Shown piece by piece: positions 6,665 to 15,740 of a stretch of DNA of 32,869 nt. Below the pieces are notes generated by a model. The model was not told the origin of the DNA. It saw only the letters and a program-made list of their open reading frames with translations, and did not search any database. Numbering within the stretch: position 1 is the stretch's first letter; each line of letters starts with the position of its first letter. The stretch lies in assembly GCA_018900995.1 (NCBI GenBank), contig JAHIFH010000049.1, forward strand, positions 1 through 32,869, written 5' to 3'. Position numbers and translations under genes: made by a program. Source of the DNA: Patescibacteria group bacterium. GTDB taxonomy: Bacteria; Patescibacteriota; Microgenomatia; PFEM01; JAHIFH01.

Positions 6665-9600
6665 TTCTTTTTTCTACTTTCCTCTTAGTAAAATCATATC
6701 CTAAATACCCCAAACAACCCAAAAGTGCCACTAAAGAAATTCCCAGGCCAACATAAAAAATGCGTTGGGGCCAAAATTCAATGACGAGTTCGTAATTTTC
6801 TTTACCATCACTATCTTCCGGTGTAACATACCAAGAATTGGCATAGCCATTGACCAAAAGGTGGCGCTCTTCAGGAATTGGTTTTTTATTCCAAGTCTCA
6901 AATGTATTTCTATCTAAAAAGATGTTTTTATGTATTCTTTCTTTTATCTCTCCATCAAAGTAACTCGCCACAATGTTTCCATATTGCTGATCACCGGTCA
7001 CTGACCACTGATCATTAACATACGCTTTCCAACCTTCATGAAAACTTTCAGAAAAAACCAAAGTGTAAGGCTCTCTTGCTCCCTCAATTTTAACTTTATA
7101 TTTTGTTGGGTTGATTTTTATGAAAGTAATTTTGGGCATCTGAGGTGATGGCTGATATTGGGTAGTGTGAAAGATAATCGTAGGCTCAAATACCCTCTCG
7201 ATCTTGACGTTAGTAAAATTAATTTTTGACTCTCCCCCCTCTTCTGTTTCTTCCCAATATCTAACCTCTTCTGGTTTGGCCCAAAAATAAAATTCAGCTT
7301 TCTCTGCTCCAAAAGTGGATTTAATGACTCTTTCAAAATGACCAGGTAGGTCGATACCAGTTGCCGACAATTTTTCCCAAAACCGCAATTCTCTTTTTCT
7401 GACACCAACGTCTTCAATAATAATTATTCCCGCCTCACCCCAAGCAGTAAAATAATCAAAAGAAATTTTGTAAGAGATATCTCCTTGATAATTTTCGATT
7501 GGCTTAAAGTAAACAATTGAGTCCTCAGGAAATGCTTGCTGTAGATTGGCGGAAGAAATTAATTTATCTCTCACAAAAAGACTCTCCGCCAAGTTGTCTT
7601 GCCAACTACTGTCGCCAAGTAAGTTGAAAATCTGTGGTTTAGTTAGTTTCAACTCTTGCTCTCCTTTTTCTAGCCTGAAACTTCCGCCAGAAATCCAATT
7701 ATCCTTTTCAGCAGGAAGGGGGATGGTTATCTTCTCACCAAGAAGGTCTAATTCTAATTGAGTCTCGCGGAAATACCGACTAAATTCCTCATTTTTAATT
7801 AACAACTGATAACTCCCTTCTTTAGGAATCTCAAAATTATAAGCACGTTCTGTAAAATCATATTTTGTTTTTAAGTGTTTGACCTTGTCTTGCAATTCCT
7901 TAAAAATAGCCTTGGCTTTCTCTATTCTCTCTTCGTCAAACTCCATCATTGATATCTTTTCCCAATGAGCTCCAAGGGAAGTTTCTGTGTTTAGGATATT
8001 TTGCTTAAGAGCCTTTTTATCCTGCCAATTATCTTCTCTTAACAAACCTAACGCCTCCTCCATTTTTTCCTTATATCTTATTAGAGTTTTATCCAAATCT
8101 ATATCTTTTTCCCATTTTTCTATCTCACTTATTCTTTTGCTAGCATAAAACAATTTTTTGTCCAAAAGCTCCTCTTTGTTATCTCTGGCTCTCCATTCAT
8201 AAAATTGCTCTTTTTTTAAAACCAAAGAATAAATCAAACCTCCTGGTTTCCAGCGGACATAAGGAAAAGCAATGTTTTCCGGGTGCAGCTCATTTTTTGC
8301 TAATTTCTTCTCGCTAATTACATTTTCTAGCTTAGCCTCTATAAAAAACTCATTCGCCTTCTTCATCAGTATTCTCTGTATCTCATCAGTGTTATCCGCA
8401 AGGAAAATCGCAGATCTGATACTCCAATTATCAAAACTCACAACATCAGATAAGCCCTCTATATTCCCATCCGAATAAATGATATTTTGAGAAGGGTAAA
8501 AATGGGAAAGAAACTTCTTATTTTCAAAAACTACGACCGAACCATCAACCAGAACTTCTTGAAATTTATCATCATTTTCCAATTTGTGATAAATCGTTTC
8601 CATAGGCGGCTTATTAGGATCGTCATAGGCATTAAGGCGAACAACAAGATATTTTATATTGGCTAAACTAAGGATATCGGCCAAATATGGGTTCTTATCC
8701 GCATAAATATTTCTTTGAATAGCTTCGGCAAAGTCACGTCCATATCCGGTTTCTCTATCAGTAACAGCAATCTGACCTGGCTTTCGAGCAAGTCCAGCGA
8801 ATAGATCCCAAATGGCTCCATAAGGGCCGGCAGTTTTGGGTTTATCCCGAAAAGCAACAACTCCTCCTCCTGTTGGTAACCAAAGAACCTTAAAATCGCC
8901 TTCCTCTTCGGCAAGCCACTCCTCTACCCTTTGGTACTCAGGCGAAAATTGGATCGTTTTTAGCCTGACATCTCTTTCTAATTTTGCTTCTTTTGCCAGA
9001 CCACCCGACCAAAATGGATATGAAGTCAGAATATTGGTACTAATAAATAAACTAATAAAGATAAAACTGACAATCTTGTTTTTTTTAAACCAATCATAAA
9101 GCGCGTCTAGGGTGAAAGCCAACAAGGCCGAATAGGCAAGGGCAGAGAGAATAAAATTGCGAGAATAATCACGGAATATCTGGCTGTAAGGAATAAAAAG
9201 CAGAAGTTGCCTTGCCCAAAAAATACCTAGGGGAACAAACGAGAGGATGGCAAAAAAAAGAATACGACGATTTTTATTTCTTAAGATAAGGGCTGAGTAA
9301 GCAAAAATGGGTAATAAAAAAGTAAAAACAACTAAACTGTGGGGGAGGGCTGTTTCAAACTGAAAGTTAAATACACTACCCCAAAGACGCAACATATCTA
9401 AGGAGTTAAGTCGAATGCCAAAACGAGCAAAATCGTATAAAGAGATGGAAGATTGGAGTGACGGCTCGAAAAGGAGGGGCATAATCCAATAAGAATTAAA
9501 CAAAAATGTGAGTAAAAAAACAAAACCTAAAAATTTGAGATAGTCCTTTAATGTTTCGCGAGAAGTGACGACAAAAATCGAGCTTAAGACAAAAACGATA

Positions 9601-10175
9601 GCAAACCAACTTAATGCTTGCAATTGAAACAATACCAAGGAGTAAATAAGAGCGGTTACTACTCCGTAGCCAACACTTCTTTGTTTGACTGTTTTTTCAA
9701 AAGTAATCAATCCAAGAGGCAAAAGCACAAATGAAAGCAAGAGATAAATCCAGCCCATAGATAAATAATTAAAAACAGGAGGGGTAGTCATATAAAAAAG
9801 CCCAGCTAGAAATGATGCTTGGGGCGTGCGTCTTAAGTAGCGGCAAAGACAATACAAGGAAAAACCAGGAGCGCTCAGAAGAAATATAGCCAAGCCTTTT
9901 GTTAACCACTCCCCACTGACTTGAAAAACAGAAAGAAGACCCAAAAAGAGACGAAACAAAGCATCATTCAGAGTAATAATATGACGACCCAAAAGGTCTC
10001 CTTCATTCGTCCAAGTCCAAAAGGCTCCCCGAAAGCCTTGATACATTTGAGCCGGGTTGATGGGAAGACCCCAATCACTACCGATAAGGACTCCAGGTGA
10101 GGGAAGAATTCCTCGAAGGAAGAAAATAGCAACAAAGAAGTAAAGTAAAAAAGCTATAATGTGTTCTTTTTTCAT
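6651..10175 (-). CDS. Giant GT-C-like membrane protein (AftD/DUF3367- or YfhO-like architecture)
   Basis: 1174-aa ORF. About 390 N-terminal residues are polytopic, with an early GSDWGLP loop. An extracytoplasmic region of about 740 aa follows, including a Lys/Glu-rich, probably helical segment (about residues 640-770). The C-terminal motif FHEGWKAYVN...LVNGYANSWYV, then one TM helix and a basic tail, resembles the C-terminal pattern of large GT-C families. Confidence 0.55.
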   Translation of the reverse strand: MKKEHIIAFLLYFFVAIFFLRGILPSPGVLIGSDWGLPINPAQMYQGFRGAFWTWTNEGDLLGRHIITLNDALFRLFLGLLSVFQVSGEWLTKGLAIFLLSAPGFSLYCLCRYLRRTPQASFLAGLFYMTTPPVFNYLSMGWIYLLLSFVLLPLGLITFEKTVKQRSVGYGVVTALIYSLVLFQLQALSWFAIVFVLSSIFVVTSRETLKDYLKFLGFVFLLTFLFNSYWIMPLLFEPSLQSSISLYDFARFGIRLNSLDMLRLWGSVFNFQFETALPHSLVVFTFLLPIFAYSALILRNKNRRILFFAILSFVPLGIFWARQLLLFIPYSQIFRDYSRNFILSALAYSALLAFTLDALYDWFKKNKIVSFIFISLFISTNILTSYPFWSGGLAKEAKLERDVRLKTIQFSPEYQRVEEWLAEEEGDFKVLWLPTGGGVVAFRDKPKTAGPYGAIWDLFAGLARKPGQIAVTDRETGYGRDFAEAIQRNIYADKNPYLADILSLANIKYLVVRLNAYDDPNKPPMETIYHKLENDDKFQEVLVDGSVVVFENKKFLSHFYPSQNIIYSDGNIEGLSDVVSFDNWSIRSAIFLADNTDEIQRILMKKANEFFIEAKLENVISEKKLAKNELHPENIAFPYVRWKPGGLIYSLVLKKEQFYEWRARDNKEELLDKKLFYASKRISEIEKWEKDIDLDKTLIRYKEKMEEALGLLREDNWQDKKALKQNILNTETSLGAHWEKISMMEFDEERIEKAKAIFKELQDKVKHLKTKYDFTERAYNFEIPKEGSYQLLIKNEEFSRYFRETQLELDLLGEKITIPLPAEKDNWISGGSFRLEKGEQELKLTKPQIFNLLGDSSWQDNLAESLFVRDKLISSANLQQAFPEDSIVYFKPIENYQGDISYKISFDYFTAWGEAGIIIIEDVGVRKRELRFWEKLSATGIDLPGHFERVIKSTFGAEKAEFYFWAKPEEVRYWEETEEGGESKINFTNVKIERVFEPTIIFHTTQYQPSPQMPKITFIKINPTKYKVKIEGAREPYTLVFSESFHEGWKAYVNDQWSVTGDQQYGNIVASYFDGEIKERIHKNIFLDRNTFETWNKKPIPEERHLLVNGYANSWYVTPEDSDGKENYELVIEFWPQRIFYVGLGISLVALLGCLGYLGYDFTKRKVEKRNEKN

Positions 10176-11209
10176 TCTAAAAATAATTTATAAGTTGCTA
10201 ACTTGAGGCTTTTTTTAAGCATCATTTTAAGAATTTCTTTGTCCCCAACTACTCTCATTTTTTGAATCCTCACCCGCTCTCTTAGTGTATCAGGAAGGTT
10301 AACTAAATTCCAAAGAAAGGCTTTAATAAGACCGAAAACCACTCTTGGTTGTCTTTTCAAGAAAAGAAAAAAACCCATTTCCATCGTTTCAATCACAAAA
10401 TATCTTGGTAAAATTAAAAAAAGATTTTTTGCTTCATAATTTTTAAGAAGAGTTCTTAAGCAATTCCTCTCGCTCCAAAACCTTCTCTGTGGGGTTTGAT
10501 AAATAACCCCTAACGTTGCTGAAACTTTATGATAAACGAAAGAGGCGGGATTAACCACTACCCGATACCCCAGAAGCTGTATTCGCCAAGAGAAATCAAT
10601 GTCATCACCAAGGGTAAAATATCTCCGGTCATATCCGCCAATTTTTTCAAATAGCTGGCGACGGATAATAAATGAACCCCCATAAGAAAAGGCAACATCT
10701 TTTTTCTTATCCCACTTTTTCCCTGTCTTCTGAACTCCTCTCGGCCAACCAAAACCATAAATATCCAAGTCTCCACCAACATTGTCAATTAGATATTTGC
10801 CTGTTTTTTTATCTTTTTCAAACCTTAAAAGTTTACTACTACAAATAGCAACCTTTTCATCCTCATCCAAAGTTTCGACTAAATACTTAAGGCAATTTTT
10901 GTCAGCTTTGATATCGTTACTCATAAAGACTATATACTTACTATCTGTATTTCTCGCAGCTACATTGCTACCTTCGGCAGTACCGTCGTTTCTTTCATTC
11001 TCTATCACCTTCACCCAGGGATATCTTTTTTTAATATAGTCAACGCTGCCGTCTGAAGAAGCATTATCAAGCACCCAAACCTGATAATCTCTGAATGTTT
11101 GTTTTTTTAAAGATGACAAGCAATCATCAAGAAATTGTTTGCCATTGTAGTTTAAGACAATCACAGCTGTCTTAGGTTTCCTTTCAGTTAGTGTCTTTTT
11201 TGTTCTCAT
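10172..11209 (-). CDS. Glycosyltransferase family 2
   Basis: 345-aa ORF with AVIVLNYNGKQFLDDCLSSLKKQTFRDYQVWVLDNASSDGS, FMSNDI and GDDIDFSWRIQLLGYRV. ATGA overlap with the downstream giant ORF. Confidence 0.9.
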   Translation of the reverse strand: MRTKKTLTERKPKTAVIVLNYNGKQFLDDCLSSLKKQTFRDYQVWVLDNASSDGSVDYIKKRYPWVKVIENERNDGTAEGSNVAARNTDSKYIVFMSNDIKADKNCLKYLVETLDEDEKVAICSSKLLRFEKDKKTGKYLIDNVGGDLDIYGFGWPRGVQKTGKKWDKKKDVAFSYGGSFIIRRQLFEKIGGYDRRYFTLGDDIDFSWRIQLLGYRVVVNPASFVYHKVSATLGVIYQTPQRRFWSERNCLRTLLKNYEAKNLFLILPRYFVIETMEMGFFLFLKRQPRVVFGLIKAFLWNLVNLPDTLRERVRIQKMRVVGDKEILKMMLKKSLKLATYKLFLE

Positions 11210-11235
11210 TTATGTAGCCAACAAATCCAGCCCAT

Positions 11236-12711
11236 CTATTCCATTCTAGAATAATGTCTTTTGTAAAAAAAATATAGCAACTTCCATTCGAATGCCAAAA
11301 AGTAAAAATCACGAGTCAATCTGAAATAGGCATCTTTATGGATGAGCTTTAGAAGCATATTGATAATTAAATTTCTATGAGTCGGGGCTGTGCTAAGGGA
11401 CGCAAAACTGGTTATCCAAACTAAAATTTTCACCATTTCTCTATGTTTTTTAGAAATCCAGGGGGCGATGAAGCTATGATATTCAAATTTTGCCCATTCC
11501 TCAAGACTCTTTGGATAGGTTATGCCGAGCTTAAGACAATCAGCTAGAATTGGTATTCCTGGCGAGATATTGAAACTAAACAATCTCACCCCCGAATTTT
11601 TATTTATCTTAATTATTTTTTTTATTATCTTTAATGTTTTAGCAAGATCATCCAATGTTTCTGTCGGAAAACCACTAATAAAAGTATAATCGGGAACTAT
11701 GCCATATTTAGAAACATTTTTGCAAGAATTTATAATATCTTCTATTTCTATGTGTTTTTTTATGTATTTTAAAATTCTTTTTGATCCTGATTCCGCCCCA
11801 AACAAAAGCCTAACACAATTACATTTTTTCAATAGCCTTAGAAAATCCTTGTCTTCTTTAGAAAAGAGATCGCATCGAGCAAATGCGTACCACTTAAAAT
11901 GATATCCATTTTTTAAATAGTTCTTTAAGAATTCTTTGCTTCTTTGGGGGCTAGTGAAGAAGTTATCATCCCAGAAAAATATTGATTTAGGGTTATACCT
12001 TTTTACAATTTTATCGGTATCCTGAAAAAAGCGCTCTTTAGAATAAAAGAGATACCTGCGGTGATAAAAAGTTGAAACAGAACAAAAGGTACACTCAAAA
12101 GGACAACCCCTACTTGAACAATAGATTATCTCATCTACAGGCTCTATTTTATAGCAATCGTAGTAGAGTTCATAATCAAAAAAGGGGAAATTATCTATTG
12201 GTTCTATTTCTCGAAGACAATTAACCTTAATTTTATCCTTTTTTTTATAAACCAGCCCTTTAATTTCACTTAATTTACTTTTATTATTCTCAATAGACTT
12301 TACTAATTCTAAAATTACATTTTCTCCCTGTCCCCTTATAACATAATCAACAAATTCGTTCTTGATGGTATTTTCGTAATCAAGCGTAGGATGAAAACCC
12401 CCCCAGCAAATCGGTATTTTTGGGTCTATCAGTTTAACTGCTCGGGAAAATTTTATACCATTATTGATTGGGTCTCCTGTCATGCAAGAAACCCCAACTA
12501 GCAAAGTTCCTTTCAATTCTTTTTTCAAATATTCTAATGTTTTTTTAGAATCAATATTGGGAATAAGCTTAACTTGGTAACCGTTTTTTTTAAGAACGGA
12601 AGAAAGGGCCAAGAGACCAAGATTAATAGGATCTGGATGTGAATGGGAAGCAAAAACTGGTCTATTTATACTGTTATAAAGAAGTATCTTATTTTTCTTT
12701 ATCTTTGCCAT
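11236..12711 (-). CDS. B12-binding domain radical SAM protein (class B-like)
   Basis: 491-aa ORF. The N-terminal Rossmann-like cobalamin-binding-type segment reads LLVGVSCMTGDP...PICWGGFHPT. The radical SAM cluster motif is SSRGCPFECTFCSV (CxxxCxxC). This gene is noticeably more AT-rich than its neighbours. Confidence 0.85.
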   Translation of the reverse strand: MAKIKKNKILLYNSINRPVFASHSHPDPINLGLLALSSVLKKNGYQVKLIPNIDSKKTLEYLKKELKGTLLVGVSCMTGDPINNGIKFSRAVKLIDPKIPICWGGFHPTLDYENTIKNEFVDYVIRGQGENVILELVKSIENNKSKLSEIKGLVYKKKDKIKVNCLREIEPIDNFPFFDYELYYDCYKIEPVDEIIYCSSRGCPFECTFCSVSTFYHRRYLFYSKERFFQDTDKIVKRYNPKSIFFWDDNFFTSPQRSKEFLKNYLKNGYHFKWYAFARCDLFSKEDKDFLRLLKKCNCVRLLFGAESGSKRILKYIKKHIEIEDIINSCKNVSKYGIVPDYTFISGFPTETLDDLAKTLKIIKKIIKINKNSGVRLFSFNISPGIPILADCLKLGITYPKSLEEWAKFEYHSFIAPWISKKHREMVKILVWITSFASLSTAPTHRNLIINMLLKLIHKDAYFRLTRDFYFLAFEWKLLYFFYKRHYSRME

Positions 12712-12721
12712 ATTATAATTA

Positions 12722-13345
12722 TCAAATTTGAGCTACAATGATAAATTGAAAGGCAAATAGGGTTGGAAAAATTCTGACCCGGGAACCTAAACCGGTAGGT
12801 TCAATTTTTGTGATTTTAAATCCGGCTTCCTGAAACATTTTTTTGGCTGAGGAGAGAGTGAAAAAACGCAGGTGATCTCTCTTCAAGATTCCACTTTCCT
12901 GATAATCAAATCTGCCCAAAGCCAACTTTAGCCTGATTTCAATTCTGGCAACATTGGGAATCGAAGCGATAATCACGCCATCATCGGCAAGATATTTTTT
13001 CAATTTAATCAAGACCAAATCAGGTCTTTTAAGATGCTCTAAAATATCACTTAAGACGACAATATCAAAAAAATTTTGGGGGAAAGGCAATTTATCAATC
13101 AGCTCAACATCGTCATTGATTACCTTCTGACAATGCTTACTTGCCTTCTGGGCGGCTTTTTTGTCGATCTCAATGCCAAAGACCTGACATTTCTTTTTCA
13201 CTAATCTGGCGGCCAAGTACCCCGAGGCGCAACCAACATCTAATACTTTTTTTCCCGATTTGATTAAATTTAAAATCTTAACATTAGGGGAATGGGACGA
13301 AGGATCAAATTGATATTCTTCAAGATTTTCTTTTATTTCAAACAT
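12722..13345 (-). CDS. Class I SAM-dependent methyltransferase
   Basis: 207-aa ORF with VLDVGCASGYLA, FGIEID, FDIVVLSDILEHL and ADDGVIIASIPN. It is a paralog of 15741..16370, sharing PNVA..IRL.L..GRFDY......HLRFFT. Confidence 0.85.
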   Translation of the reverse strand: MFEIKENLEEYQFDPSSHSPNVKILNLIKSGKKVLDVGCASGYLAARLVKKKCQVFGIEIDKKAAQKASKHCQKVINDDVELIDKLPFPQNFFDIVVLSDILEHLKRPDLVLIKLKKYLADDGVIIASIPNVARIEIRLKLALGRFDYQESGILKRDHLRFFTLSSAKKMFQEAGFKITKIEPTGLGSRVRIFPTLFAFQFIIVAQI

Positions 13346-13360
13346 TTTTTTAGCACACAG

Positions 13361-14041
13361 TTAATGTTTTTCGGCAGTGGCGATGAAATAATTGCAAAAA
13401 AAATCTAAAGGCGAGGGAATAAGCCCCAAAAATGAAGGGAGCTTTCTCACTCCTAAACCATAGCCCAAAATCTTAATATTTCCCCAACTATTCTTTTCAA
13501 AAAGAGTGAGAAGAGTTTTTTTGTCATACTCTCTTAAATGCTGATCTGTTCCAAAAATTGGATCAAAATTGCCTTCGCTGGGAAACTTCGGTTTTTTTAA
13601 AACCAGAGTTTTCATCCAAAAAGAAAGGCGATAAATATTAGGTGTGGCGATAATTATTTCCCCTTCTTTTTTTAGAACCCGCCAACACTCTTCTACCAAG
13701 CTAGATTCATCCAGAACATGCTCTATAACATCGGTAGAGATAACACAATCGAAAGTGTTATTTTCAAAGGGAAATTTTCCTTTAGAGATTTTTTTAAAGA
13801 CAACTCCTTTAGATAATGGTTTTTTGGCAATACCCTTTACTATATCGGCAGCAAAAACCTCTCTCCCCTTAGAAAGCATAAGGAAAGAGAGAAACCCATA
13901 CCCACAACCGACTTCAAGTATTTTTCCGGTTTTGGGAATTAAACTTAATAGTGTTTTTAACTTCTCCCTTTCGTAACGATCGTTCTCAAACAACCATTCT
14001 CTGTAATTAAATTCTTTTTGTATTATTTTATATTTTTTCAT
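13361..14041 (-). CDS. Class I SAM-dependent methyltransferase
   Basis: Motifs ILEVGCGYGFLS, FAADIV, FDCVISTDVIEHV and LKKEGEIIIATPN. The ORF-track start at 14071 is TTG. I prefer the ATG at 14041, which forms an ATGA overlap with the upstream stop (14038..14040). Confidence 0.8.
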   Translation of the reverse strand: MKKYKIIQKEFNYREWLFENDRYEREKLKTLLSLIPKTGKILEVGCGYGFLSFLMLSKGREVFAADIVKGIAKKPLSKGVVFKKISKGKFPFENNTFDCVISTDVIEHVLDESSLVEECWRVLKKEGEIIIATPNIYRLSFWMKTLVLKKPKFPSEGNFDPIFGTDQHLREYDKKTLLTLFEKNSWGNIKILGYGLGVRKLPSFLGLIPSPLDFFCNYFIATAEKH

Positions 14042-14775
14042 TTCTGATAGAAAGCGCCAATATTTAGACAAATAAAGGGGGCTAATTTACTTTCTTCTAT
14101 TTTAGCAAAGACCTTCCTCCACCAGAAATCAAACACATTAGGCAGACGACCAAGAAAAGCTGAGCCTCGACCATAAAAACGAATTGGCTTGACTTTTAGT
14201 AAACCGGCAATTTTTTTCAGGTCGGCTAAAGCATACTCTGTCTCCCAACCAAAAGGATGGCTATCATGTCTTATTTTCAGATGTTTAACAATAGTGTAGA
14301 GATTATATTTCTGAGGAACATCAACAATTAAAAATCTACCTTTTTTCAACACTCTTAGTTGTTCTTTAAGGACAGGAATGGGATCTTTAAAATGCTCAAC
14401 CAAACCGACCGAGAAAACAAGATCGAAGAAATCGTCTCTGATTGGAATTTGGCGGCAGTCGGCAATGATTCCTTTAACCTCAACATTTTCTTTTTTTGCT
14501 AATTGCTGACAAACTCTTAATGCTTCTTTGGAGAAGTCTAAGGCAAAACACTCTCCCCCCGATTTTGCCAAAGTGATGCAATCACTACCTGAACCGGCTC
14601 CAACTTCCAGAATTTTTTTGCCGGCAACTTTCCCACCAAATAGGTTAATTATCTCATCAGTAACTTTTATATTTGGTTTATAAAAAATATTTTCACCAAA
14701 TTGTTGCCAAAGGCGATTCCAGCGATCGATTTCTCTTTCCACAACACACTCCGTGTTAAATTGTTTGTTTGCCAT
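14038..14775 (-). CDS. Class I SAM-dependent methyltransferase
   Basis: Motifs ILEVGAGSGSDC, FALDFS, FDLVFSVGLVEHF and LKKGRFLIVDVP. The ORF-track start at 14811 is TTG. The ATG at 14775 has GAGG 8 nt upstream and gives MANKQFN... Confidence 0.8.
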   Translation of the reverse strand: MANKQFNTECVVEREIDRWNRLWQQFGENIFYKPNIKVTDEIINLFGGKVAGKKILEVGAGSGSDCITLAKSGGECFALDFSKEALRVCQQLAKKENVEVKGIIADCRQIPIRDDFFDLVFSVGLVEHFKDPIPVLKEQLRVLKKGRFLIVDVPQKYNLYTIVKHLKIRHDSHPFGWETEYALADLKKIAGLLKVKPIRFYGRGSAFLGRLPNVFDFWWRKVFAKIEESKLAPFICLNIGAFYQK

Positions 14776-15730
14776 ACATAAAACCTCGTATTGAGTAGAC
14801 AAAACTAACAAATAATAAATAAATATTCAGAAAAGGGAGTATTAAAATTCTGGGGTTTTTGTAATCACTCAGGTAAACGCTCTTCGTATACAAAAAGGAG
14901 TAGATGATAATTAAAAATATCGAAATAGTCCTTATATGGGGAAACAGAAGAGAAATAACTAATAATTCTCTAAAAAAGAGACTTACAAACTCCCGAACAC
15001 CAGCAAAACCATATCTTCTGAATAATGCTCCTTGGGACGCTGAATATTGGGCTTGCTTGTAAACTATGCTCTTAAAGCTAAAGTTAGGGTCCAGGGTATG
15101 TATATGTATTATGCCAGCTTTTGTCTTAACTATTTTTCCTTTTTTTCGCAATTTGTGGACAATATCACCATCCTCGCCAGCTCTAAAAAACGTCTTCCCG
15201 TCGAACATTCCCACCTTTTCTAAAGCTGATTTTCTGAAACAATCGAACTTACCATCAAGTCCGCAGAATCTCTTCTCGACTAACCTAGAGAAGAAACATT
15301 TCTGCCAAAAATTATACTTCTTCCAAACATTGCGCGGGTGGTCTACACAATGGTAAGAAGCCACAACATTATCATTATTCCAAAAAGGCCCAACTAAACG
15401 CTCTAAGGCATGCTTTCGTAAAACTACATCCCCATGTAGTGTGACAACTAGATCACCGCTACATATTTTTATCCCGTCATTGTAAGAAGCAGATAAACCG
15501 CGACTTTTGCTATGGTTTATAATCTTGTGGCTAACCGGTCTTTCGGAAAGAAAAGCCTCAACCAAAGCAAGAGATCTATCTGTTGAAGCATCATTAACAA
15601 CTATTAACTCGTCAAACTGAGTGTTTTGATTAAATAAACTTTTCAGTGTCTTTAATATAGTAGTTTCCCCGTTGTAGAGAGGAATCACCACTGAAATTCT
15701 CAATCGTCTATGATCTAACATTCCTGTCAC
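14756..15730 (-). CDS. Glycosyltransferase family 2 with C-terminal TM helices (polyprenyl-phosphate sugar synthase-like architecture)
   Basis: 324-aa ORF with ISVVIPLYNGETTILKTLKSLFNQ...LIVVNDASTDRS, LHGDV and AGEDGDI, plus two C-terminal hydrophobic helices (LLVISLLFP.., ILILPFLNIYLLFVSFVY). GTG at 15730; alternative ATG at 15721. Confidence 0.8.
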   Translation of the reverse strand: MTGMLDHRRLRISVVIPLYNGETTILKTLKSLFNQNTQFDELIVVNDASTDRSLALVEAFLSERPVSHKIINHSKSRGLSASYNDGIKICSGDLVVTLHGDVVLRKHALERLVGPFWNNDNVVASYHCVDHPRNVWKKYNFWQKCFFSRLVEKRFCGLDGKFDCFRKSALEKVGMFDGKTFFRAGEDGDIVHKLRKKGKIVKTKAGIIHIHTLDPNFSFKSIVYKQAQYSASQGALFRRYGFAGVREFVSLFFRELLVISLLFPHIRTISIFLIIIYSFLYTKSVYLSDYKNPRILILPFLNIYLLFVSFVYSIRGFMYGKQTI

Positions 15731-15740
15731 TTTTCTTGTC

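Noticed and set aside
12398-12404. C7 homopolymer (G7 on the coding strand, WGGF codons) in the first rSAM gene as a phase-variation tract.
   Set aside because: The tract is short and encodes conserved-looking Trp-Gly-Gly residues. A single occurrence is not evidence of contingency behaviour.
11210-12721. The idea that the B12-radical SAM enzymes mark a RiPP (peptide natural product) cluster.
   Set aside because: The flanking gaps are only 10-26 nt, so no small precursor ORF fits. I see no protease, cyclodehydratase or peptide ABC exporter. Every neighbour is a glycan enzyme.
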